DNA of 64,000 nt from Stegostoma tigrinum (Eukaryota). Of this stretch, positions 48,517-58,989 are shown one piece after another. The DNA is taken from assembly GCF_030684315.1 (NCBI RefSeq), contig NC_081376.1, positions 20,937,018-21,001,017 of the forward strand. Direction: 5' to 3'. The notes under the pieces were generated by a model. That model was not told the origin of the DNA. It ran no database searches and saw nothing but the letters and a program-made list of their open reading frames with translations. The position numbers were made by a program, and so were the translations under genes. Position 1 is the stretch's first letter. Every line of letters starts with the position of its first letter.

Positions 48517-50919
48517 AACAACAAACTAGCTCAGCGAGCCAACCAACCTCATCGCCCACAACCTGAGCTACAGATCTACTCCAAAACCTTAGAGACCTAC
48601 GGGCACATCACACTCTAACTGGCAAGGAAATGGGAAAACTACGCCAAATGAGAGAGCACAGCCTGTGAATAACTCTACTTCCTACATGGATGCCTCAGGA
48701 ACCAGGTGTTACCACGCTAAGTATAAACCCCCACCCATCAACAACCCACAGGCCCGGAAAACAGCAGAACAGAACAGCTGCAAGATGGTAAGGGTAATGA
48801 TAAACAACGCACACAACCGGCTCCATGAATACAACAGAGAAATTACGCGCCGAAAACATTATTCCAGGAAGCTACCAATCAAGACTGGACAACCGACATG
48901 GAACGAGCCGTTAACATCAGCCGACAGACCACAAGAACCAAGAAAAGTCAGACCCTGCAAGACAAACTAACCACACTTACCCACAAAAACGACAACAACA
49001 GAACTGACCTATGGACAAGGAACCTCTCCGACAGGAAACTGACAGACACGGAAGAAGCCATTTTCACCCGAGGGCTGAACTACAACTACAGGGAGGCCAA
49101 CAAAATGGAATGGCTAGCTACACTGGAAGCCACACTCAAGGCCAACTATATCAACAAAGAAACACATCAAACCAGAAGACAGACAGTAGTCCCGACACTA
49201 ACCAGAAAGAGGGAACTCAACACCCTCAACACACGGGAAAGACAAGCCTGGACACATTAAAGAAGGACAAGAACATAACTATACTACCTGCAGACAAGGG
49301 GCGCATGACAGTGAAAATGAATAAAAAGGACTAAATCTCCAAAGTACAAGCACTGCTCGCCGACAAGAACAGTTACTGGCCAGTACAAACTGACCTGACA
49401 CCATAACTAGGCAACAAAATTCTATACATGCGACAAAGACTAAGAATAAAACCCGAAGAAGCTAACACACCCCGATTCTATGCCTCCCTGAAGCACACAA
49501 GCCGGCAGTCCCCCTCAGACCCATAGTCACTCCACCAGGCACTCCATCGCACAGACTAGCCAGGGAACTACAAAGAAGACTCAAGCAACTAGTAAACAAA
49601 TCACCTCACTCCATCCACTCAGCCCAAGAATTCCTCAATCCCATCAAAGACATAAAGATAGAGAAGAAGACACCATGATATCATTTGATGTCACCGCCCT
49701 ATTTATGTCAATAGACACACCACTAGCAAGGGAAACAATGACAACACGACTTGAACAAGAACATGGCCCCAGTGAGACCATCTCCAAGGACAACATGCTT
49801 CAACTCCTGGACCTCTGCCTGACCACCCACTTCACCTTCAACGGCCAAACATATGAGCAAATCAAGGGGACACCCATGGGATCGCCTATCTCTGGACTCG
49901 TAGCAGAAGCAGTGATGTAAAGACTGGAAAGGACGGCCCTTCTGCAAATCGAACCTAAATTATGGATACGCTAGGTAGACGACACCTTTGTCATCATTAA
50001 AAGGTCCAAATTAGAAGAGACACACAAACCCATAAACAACACCCTCACTGGAATAAAATTCACCACAGAGGAGGAGAAGAGCAAACAGCTTCCATTCCTG
50101 GATGTCATGGTAGAGTGCAAGGCAAATGGGGAACTGCAAACGAAAGTACACCGAAAAGCCACACACACAGACCAGGTACTGAGCTTCAACAGTAACCATC
50201 CCAGCACACACAAACAAAGCTGCCTGCGAACATTTAAAAGGGCAACAACACACTGCAGCAACATGGAACTGCGCCAAGAGGAGGAGGAATACCTCTTCCA
50301 AGTATTCAAGGATAATGGATATTCAAAGAACTGGGTCAGGAGATGCCTACTGGAACAGCATCAGAAAGAGTCTACATGCCCCGACACACTCATCACACTA
50401 CCCTACATCAGGAACACGTCAGAACTCACCACAAGACTTCTATGACTGCTGGGCATCAGAGTGGCACACAAGCCCACATCAACCCCACGACAAGTGCTCA
50501 CCTGAACTAAAGACCCACTCCCCGCCACGGACAGGGCCAATGTCATCCACAAGATCCCCTGCAGAGACTGTGCGAAACACTGCATCGGACAAACAGGAAG
50601 GAAACTAACAACAAGAGAACATGAACACCAAGTGGCTACAAAAAGACACAATCAATACTCACTCATCTCAATCCACATGGACACGGAGAACCACTGCTTC
50701 GACTGGGACAACACCAAGATCCTGGGACAGGCTAGGCACAGACAGGCACGAGAATTCCTGGAAGCATGGCTCTCCACGAAGCAGGCTATTAATAAACACA
50801 TTGAACTTGACCCCATATACATTCCATTATGGAGGAAACCCGGAAGTGAGGCAATCCATTGCAATGGACCCCAAAGTTTAAAAACCAGGCAGGAAAACAC
50901 ACCGTCGCTTCATCAGCGG

Positions 50920-50962
50920 CTGCACTGAGGATGTTACCCAGCACGGTAATGAAACGTCTGCG
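50920..50962 (+). ncRNA. Minimal hammerhead ribozyme motif in the 3' pLTR
   Basis: CUGCA-CUGAGGA-U-GUUACC cagcac GGUAAU-GAAACGUC-UGCG, with G-U wobble substitutions in the stems. Confidence 0.7.
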
Positions 50963-51978
50963 GAACAACTCGGCGAGCCGACCAACCTCAACACCCACAA
51001 CCTAAGTGACAGATCTACTCCAAAATCTTTGAGATTAGATTAATGTAGGAAATCAGGTTGGCATGGACGAGTTGGACCGAAGGGTCTGTTTCCATGCTGT
51101 ACATCTCTAAGATTCTATGACCTTACTCAAAGATGCATTTATGCCAACTTCCTGTTTGCTGTTAGCTAAGCAGTCTTTTGTAAATGAAATATGTTAGTGT
51201 CTACACCAGCCATTCCTGACATCTTTGAGTTTGTTCTCCAATACAGGACATGTTGCTGCAGGATCAAGACCCTACAATGTTGTCAAACCAGGAGACTCTA
51301 CCTCTGGGGATAATGAAGCCACTGTCTATGAGGATGCACTGTCACCTGTCTTATCAGCCTCTGACATTGCAGTTACTGTCACTAGGTCCGAGAAGGGCTG
51401 ATGTTTACATTCAGGGCCACAGTCTGGTGCAGCTCGGGGCAGTAGTGTAGCTGAGGGAGGCTACTCTTTCTGTGCCCTGAGCTACAACACAGGGAGGCCC
51501 CACAGACAATTGGAGGAAAACTGGGGACCAGGCTCCTGTTGAGCTACAGTCTGATGACAGGCCTCTGGTCGTGGCGACAAAAGCTCTACTCAACACGCTA
51601 CAGAAGTTGGGGCAAGGATAGCAGAGCTACATGCAGCTTTGTGTGGAATATGGAGAAGCCTGCATTATCTATAAGTGCTGCCCCTTCCCAGGCAAGTGAA
51701 AAAAAAATGTCGATGAAAAGCCAGGCTGAACATTCATCCCAGGTATCCATCACCTGAGGCTTGTGCTTAACACAGCTGTTGGTTGAATGAGAAGAGGACA
51801 AGGAATCTCGACCTACCACCAGGAATCCTTCCACCTCAGGGAACAAAATGATAAAACAGCATGTACCAGCTGCACCAAGGTGTTCGCCTCTGGGCCATTC
51901 GCCTCTGATCTCCTCACTCTCGCTACCGTTGATCCCAATAGCTCCTACAGCTGACGTAATGGATATATCCCTGCACTA

Positions 51979-52293
51979 ATTAGATCAGATTCCCTACAGT
52001 GTGGAAACAGGCCCTTCAGCCCAACAAGTCCACACTGCCCCTTGGAGGATCCCACCCAGACCCATCCCCCTATAACCCACACACCCCTGAACATTAAGGC
52101 AATTTAGCATGGCCGATCCACCTAGCCTGCACATCTTTGGACTGTGGCAGGAAATGGGAGCACCTGGAGGAAACCCACGCAGACACAGGGAGAATGTGCA
52201 AACTCCACACAGACAGTCACCTGAGGCTGGAGTTGAACCTGGGTCCCTGGTACTGTGAGGCTGCAGTGCTGACCACTGAGCCACCATGCCATC
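51979..52293 (-). mobile_element. HE1-type SINE
   Basis: Colinear with 20636-20930. Confidence 0.9.
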
Positions 52294-52469
52294 CTACTGC
52301 AGGAGGCCTCAAGGCTTTGTCTGTCTAGAACTGCTTGACATGATCATTAGATAACAGGACAGCCCAGTTAACAGAATGCTTCGACCTCAGCTGCTGCTGT
52401 TGGGGTAGCACATAGTTCCAGAAATGTAAACTTTAAACTTCAGGAGCAAGAAAGTGGAATGAACGAAGA

Positions 52470-52710
52470 ACAAAGAAAATTACAGCACAGGAACAGGCCC
52501 TTCAGCCCTCCAAGCCTGCGCTGATCGAGATCCTCTGTCTAAGCCTATCATCTATTTTCTAAGGGTCTGTGTCCATTTGCTCCCTGCCCATCCATGTACA
52601 TATCCAGATACATCTTAAAAGACGCTAACGTGTCTGCGTATACCACCTCCGCTGGCAACGCTTTCCAGGCACCCACCACCCTCTGCGTAAAGAACTTTCC
52701 ACGCATATCT
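52470..52710 (-). mobile_element. CR1/HER1 LINE 3'-end fragment
   Basis: acagcacaggaacaggcccttcagccc...ttccaggcacccaccaccctctgcgtaaagaac, a typical CR1 3' end in reverse. Confidence 0.7.
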
Positions 52711-52959
52711 GGTGATCATTTAATGGTGATCATTGTGAATATATTTCACTTGTGAATACATCAAAAATATATTGTTTTGCTGGATTCAAATGTATGTAAC
52801 CATAATTTTTCAGGATCTTGGTAATGGGACAGCTAAATTGAATGGCAAGCCTCATGGTTGGCATAATTTGCTGGTTCCAAAGGAGATAAGGACTTTGCAT
52901 TTATTTGTGAAGGAGATAGTTTTCAATTACATGAATCTTCAAAGAATATTTGCTTACGT

Positions 52960-54070
52960 TTGTGGTTTTGTACTTGCTAGTCAATGGATCGTGGCTGAAG
53001 ATGCAGATTCAGCTGCAACTCACTGTCCCACACTCCATTAATGTCCTTTTATGTTCTAAAGCAGATTGCTGCTCACTATGGGTATAACTCAGGTGCACCT
53101 TGAAGGTGGAGCTGGATGAAATTAATCAGTATATTTCTGTCCAAGTGTAGGGTAGGCGTGAGTTTGGGGAACAAAGCTCCACTGCCTGGTTTATTCTGGG
53201 TGGTAGAAAGTGCTGGTTTTTGGTTAATTTGCGAAGTAGAATGGTAGGCAAGCAGCTACATTGCAGGAAGGTGAAGAAGTTCTGGTGATGGGATAATGGC
53301 AAACAGTGTACCTATAATGTCCTAGAATCCTGTGCACATCTCTCCACAGCCTGGCATCCATTAAAGGGTTATTCATGTCTACTGCCTCCTCCTCAAGCTC
53401 ACATTCAATTCATCTTCAATCAGGGAGAAGTGATTGCTCCTCATTCCATTCCTGTTGTAACATTTGGGGCGGTTGCATGTCAGGTTTTGCATTGTCCAGC
53501 TATCATTGTGGTGTGTCTTGCAGAGTATGTCGATCAGTCAAAGCAGTAGAGGCTGATTTTATGTAAGGCAATGGTATGTTCAATGGTTGCTGTGGCGAAG
53601 GTATGAACGTGATTGTACAGCTCTTTTATTACACTCATGAGATGCATCACAGGTATCATCGAGCATGTCTGGAGTGGACAGTCCATATCACCTAGGATCC
53701 AGCCGTTAGCCCGGGCAAGGACTAAAAATTCTTGATGGCGCAAGATGAATGCATCGTTCCAGCTCCCTGGGAAAGATGCACACACCCTTCAATGATCCGT
53801 CACCTGTCATCTCCAATCAGCTGTATGTTTAAGAGGTGCAATCCTTCACAATTCACAAATGTGACTTGGAAATATATCACCATTCCTTCACTGTCACTGA
53901 ATTAAAATCCTGAAATTCCCTCCCTAAGGGCATTGTGGGTCTACTTACAGCATATAGACTGCAACAGTTCAAGAAGACAGCTCACTATCACCTTCTCAAG
54001 GGCAACTGGGGATGGGCAATAAATGCTGGCCAGCTAGCAATGCCCACATCCCACGAATAAATAAGAAAAA
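52960..54070. mobile_element. Old LINE fragments (minus ~52960-53790; plus-strand 3' end ~53860-54070)
   Basis: Decayed RT-like sequence. Tail ctcaagggcaactggggatgggcaataaatgctggcc...cccacatccc. Confidence 0.55.
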
Positions 54071-55249
54071 CATACACGGCTGGTCCCAGGGATTGCTAAT
54101 AGTCACAAGTGTAGTCTGTGACCTCTTAATTTGATTTATTTATTGTCACATGTATTTTTTACAACATACAGTGAAAAATGTTGCAGAGTGTCACCACTCT
54201 TCGACGCCATGTTAAAACACAGAAAAATAAACCAAAAGATAGAACAATAAAGGTAGAAAAATAAAGAAATAAAGGAAAAGTGTTCAACACCACAGTTCTC
54301 CTGGTTACGTTCTCCACCATGGGCCATGGGCCTAGTGACCAGGCATGAGTTCGTTTTGCCATTCCACCACCGCTGGAACTAAAGTTGCCACGTTTCAGCG
54401 CCATCTTGCCTCTACCAACCCCCTCACTAGCATCTGGCTGCCATCATCTGTGGAGAAATGGATAGAGATATTGGCATGATGGAAGGGAGCATTGGTCACC
54501 TCATTTATTCACCGATATCTGAAATGAGACACATCTGTCACCGGTGAATCCACCACTGGTGAAGAAACTGAGCACCTCAGTGCCCTTGACTGCCTCTGGC
54601 ACAGGGCTCCTACCAAATCTACACAGATGCAGGTCTTGCTGAAGATTCCACATTGTCAGTGACTGTTTCCCAGTGCATCGTCAGGTTATTTTTGTAATGC
54701 TCCTCCAACAACTACATACGGTTAGATCTTCTCAGAGAACTGTCAAGAAGTCCGTTGTCGGAGAACCGCATTTCCGACACATCGTGACCAGGCAGGCCCC
54801 CGATGCTGCTGTCGGGACCTCTGTTGTCAGCTAACAACAGCTCTCCCCTTGTTGCATCCTTTCGAGCTGCTTCCAATATTTCAGCAATATTTGAGCCTCT
54901 TGGTTGTTTAAACAATCGAACAAATAATAGTGCATGATATCTTCAAAGCCCAATCCTGTGCCTTCCAGCTTCCTCCTGTTGTATCATGTATGCCGTCACT
55001 GCCCTAGGCCACTTAACATAGCCTTGTACTTTCCATCTGTAACTACACCCAGCACAATTGGCCATCCCCTCTCACAATTCCATGCACTCAAATACAGTCA
55101 TTCAATTCCTTCAATCCCTAACTTGTGCTTTCCAGTCCTGAGCCTCCATGTAAACTGCAATAATCCTGATCCTCTCCCGCGAAGTGCAGAGTTGAGCAAG
55201 GAAAACTGCTGACCTTAAACACAACTGCACAAAGCTGACTGGCTCACGG

Positions 55250-55437
55250 AGACAGTAGAAACTGCCGATGCTGGACAATCTGAGGTAACACGGTGTGAAG
55301 CTGGATGAACACAGCAGGTCAAGCAGCATCAGAGGAGCAGGAAAGCTTGACAGTTCAGGTCGAGACTCTTTTTCATAAACAAAGAAGAAGGGTCTTGACC
55401 CGAAACGTCAAACTTTCCTGCTCCTCTGATGCTGATG
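55250..55437. mobile_element. Penelope family A hairpin mini-element
   Basis: cagcatcagaggagcaggaaag...ctttcctgctcctctgatgctg inverted arms around two degenerate hammerhead motifs. Confidence 0.8.
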
Positions 55438-55674
55438 GGCTCATGTCTGTTTTGAACCAAGGCAAACCTGGTGCCCTGAGATTCTCATTCATCACTGACT
55501 TAATTGTGAGTAATCTTGACATAATTTTTGGAAAGCTTCAACACAAGAAGCATTCACAGCATGTAACTATATTTCGTGTAGGAACCTGCCAAGGGATGGT
55601 GTGAAACCTAACACACCGCAAACATGACACTGACTTAATTTCAATTCTTGCAGGCTCTAAAAATAACTGCAAAT

Positions 55675-55676
<2 letters not shown>

Positions 55677-55712
<36 letters not shown>

Positions 55713-55729
55713 ATACACACACACACACA
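55677..55729. repeat. (CA)n microsatellite with two interruptions
   Basis: Read directly from the sequence. Confidence 0.98.
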
Positions 55730-56060
55730 AAGGTACAAATTCCAACGCACCTAAAGAAATGTTTATGTGCACACATGCGCACAGTTGCACACGGACATAA
55801 GTAAAGATAGAAACAAAAACATCAATAAAGATAAAAACTTCCAATAAATATTCAGAAGACATGAGCATTTAAGCATTTAAATTAAAGACAGGTATGCACC
55901 GCTGTATAATTATGTGCAAGTATGCGGAAGATTGGAAAGTGCAACAGCACTGTGGATGCATATTTAAACTCTACACATATGCTCTCATATGTTCTCAATA
56001 TACACACTTTTTAATCATGTTTGTTTCAAAGATTTATTTCTGCTCTCTCTTTTCTGACAG

Positions 56061-56141
56061 GTGGGCTGGCTGCTGTTATATATACAGATGCACTGCAGAC
56101 AGTGATCATTCTGGCTGGATCGCTGACTCTCGCAATATTTG
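56061..56141 (+). CDS. SLC5A11: SLC5A11-like paralog B, coding exon 7 (81 nt); the gene continues beyond the window
   Basis: GGLAAVIYTDALQTVIILAGSLTLAIF (SSS signature GGL.AV..TD..Q). ctctcttttctgacAG acceptor, GT at 56142. Confidence 0.95.
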
Positions 56142-56468
56142 GTACATATAATTGAGTCTTTGTTACTGTTATGTGTCCTCATTTCCTGCATTAGAATTTA
56201 GGAAGATAATTCTCACAACAGTTAATTGGCATATAGAGGGGAACCTATCTGGTATTCTTCAAATCTCTGCCTTTTCATGAACCTCCCTTAGCTTAATGTC
56301 TCTGAAAGACTTTCCTTAACTCCAGAAGCTAGAATAACAACAATACCATTTGCAACCTTATGTCAGAGCATGTCTCTGAAAGATGTGAAGGTACTGGTGT
56401 TGGCCTGGGGTGGACAAGGTCAGAAATCACACAACACCATGTTATAGTCCAACAGGTTTATATTAAAT

Positions 56469-56503
56469 CACAAGCTTTCGGAGCTTCGCTCCTTCTTCAG
56501 GTG
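56469..56503 (-). ncRNA. Minimal hammerhead ribozyme motif in a Penelope family B fragment (~56385-56600)
   Basis: Minus strand CAC-CUGAAGA-A-GGAGC gaa GCUCC-GAAAGCUU-GUG. Confidence 0.65.
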
Positions 56504-57656
56504 TTAGTGGGAGAGGGAAGATCAGACACAGAATTTATAAGTAAATGATCAAAGGGTCAGATCACTGATCAGGATGTATTAAACAAGCCTGAGATGCTGC
56601 ATAACTGTTGACAAGAGCCGGAAGTGGGATTAGCAAAACAGTAAAAAGTTGTAATGATATCACTTAATCCCAATTTGGATTTATTCATGAGATTCCATTT
56701 TGTTTCAGATGGAAGTTCTGGCTGCTGGTGTTATTATTCAATTGGAAAATCAGACCAAACCTAAAAGTGACAATCAGGGGTAGGGGGAGCACAAATTCAT
56801 TCTGCATTTGTTACTGTTCTGCCTTTAAGGAGATGAAACTGTCACACCCCAAACCCATCTCTCTTAAACCTTATCGATAGCTCTCGCACTGCAGAGATTG
56901 CCTCTGTTGTGATTTCTCTCTCTTTCTGCTGCCCCTTTGTTTCGTCTCCCATTCTTAGGTCTTACACTCTCTCACACTGTTCTTTGTCCTCAGATTTTGA
57001 CAAATTAATCAAACTGAAAAAAAAACCCAGAGTTGTCAAATGGACTTCCAATAATCTCTCAATTTACACATTATTGCACAGTCAAATTCTGCTCTGTTTA
57101 TTGCTTTGGAAAATTTCAAAAAACATCTGTTCTCACAACCTGGCCGAATTTACTTTATTGTCCACAGCACAACAGGAACAGTTTTCTTTTCTGTGCTTTT
57201 TTTTGTAGCATTGGAATCCTGTTCTTATATACATTTGGTTTTGGCAAAAAGCATAAATTCTTGCTCATCCCTTTCTTCTATAGAAGCTTCTACTCTGCTT
57301 TATGATTTAGCTTCTCCTGGAATTTGGGTGTTTATAGGTCAAATGCAAAGCAAATAAGATCTTAGTACCACATCTGCCACTACTGCTACAGTACTGCATT
57401 TAACACTTCCCCTTTTGGAAACCATTATCTCCACAGTTCCAGAGCTACCTTTCTTCAAGATATGGAAAGAGCTGTCCAGTATTAAAAATTCATTTGGAAA
57501 GGCAGTTTTCAGTTGCTTCTAGATCTTTGCCCTCAGGATGATTATCTATTACCAATCATCATTCTCTACCTGCTTGTAAGGTATGAAACAGCTCTCAAAG
57601 CATATGTTTCATAAACCTCTCTACTAACTAAATGCAATAAAGCATTTCTTACTGTT

Positions 57657-57963
57657 AAAATCTCTACAATGTGGAAGAAGGCCATTCAGCCCACTGAGTC
57701 CATACCAACCCTCTCGTGATGTAAAATTTCTTTATATCCCACACAGACCAAAGCCCCTACCCTATCCTTGCATTTCCCACGGCCAATCCACCTAAGCTGC
57801 ACATTTTAGAACTGTGGGAGGAAACCAGCACACCCAGAGGAAACCCACACAGACACAAGCAGAATGTACAAACTTCACAGAGCACGTCGCCCAAGGGTGG
57901 ATTCAAACCTGGGTCCCTTGTGCTGTAAGGCATCAGCGCTAACCACTGAGCCACCGTGCTACC
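57657..57963 (-). mobile_element. HE1-type SINE
   Basis: Colinear with 20636-20930. Confidence 0.88.
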
Positions 57964-58750
57964 AATGTTCTTAAGAATGAAATGAAAACAGCTGAAGGAA
58001 TTTTCTAAAAGTTTATTCTGAATGATCTAACCATCCAGGCGTTCCAATTTCTGACTGAATTAAGGAACATCCATATCTGGCGAGATTTAGTAGCTCTGAT
58101 ACTTGGCAAGATTGACACAAATGCCTGCTGAAACTTTATTTAACACGTGCCAAATAAGATATAAATTTAAACAATTAACTTATTTATAGTTACTTGGTAG
58201 TACTGAACTTTAGAATTGCTAACAGGTATACTGTCAAAGCTTCTTATCCTGAGGCGGAATTGCAAGAATACCAAATTCCAGTTCCAAAATTTTGGTTTTC
58301 TTGTGATGCTATCCTGATGACAGCAAGATGAAAAGCTTTAACAGTTTTGTCTTCTTCCCAGAAATGCTCATACTTATTCAAAATACCATCTTAAGATATG
58401 TTCTTGAGGAAGAAGCTGACTCCCAACACAGCAAAATACAGTTGTAAAATCTAGTCCCAACTTCACATTTTCTTATGATAACATTAGAGACTAATTAATT
58501 TTAGAAATAAATGGATTTCCCACTGACTTATGAACCTAAACTAAAGGACCTGTTTTCTTGGTTTAAGACTTTTAGTATAATAAACCAACTAATATCAACG
58601 GAAATCAAATATTATTTAGCAGCCAATTAATATAGTGTAACAACGAAAATGTACTTCTGTATTAACTAAGGCAATCAATATACAATTCATAATCAAATAT
58701 GTTACTATAAGACAGGGCATGTAATGGCAGACTAAATTGAAAGCTACGCT

Positions 58751-58989
58751 AAGATAACAAGGTGTAGAGCTAGATGAATACAGCAGGCCAAGCAGCATCA
58801 AAGGAGCAGGAGGGCCGATGTTTCGGGTCTAGACTCTTCTTCAGAAATCAATTCTTCATTTTCTGAAGAAGGGTCTAGGCCCAAAACATCAGCATTCCTA
58901 CTCCTCTGGTGTTGCTTGGCCTGTTGTGTTCATTCAGCTCTACACCTTGTTATCTCAGATTCTCCAGCATCTGCAGTTCCTACTATCTC
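58751..58989. mobile_element. Penelope family A hairpin mini-element with degenerate 13-bp TSD
   Basis: Inverted arms 58752-58848 and 58860-58955. tgaaagctacgct at 58738-58750 versus tgaatgctacact at 58990-59002. Confidence 0.85.

Larger units (their letters stand above)
47839..51033 (+). mobile_element. Near full-length Penelope-like element (family D, Poseidon-type): inverted 3' segment 47839-~48440, 5' pLTR ~48446-48590, disrupted RT/GIY-YIG ORF, 3' pLTR ~50894-51033
   Basis: ILPADKG, SFDVTALF, GTPMGSPISG, WIR*VDD (YVDD Tyr changed to TAG), LPFLDV, LPYI...SE and VIHKIPC..C..HCIGQTGRKL..R..EH. Direct terminal repeats. Confidence 0.95.
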
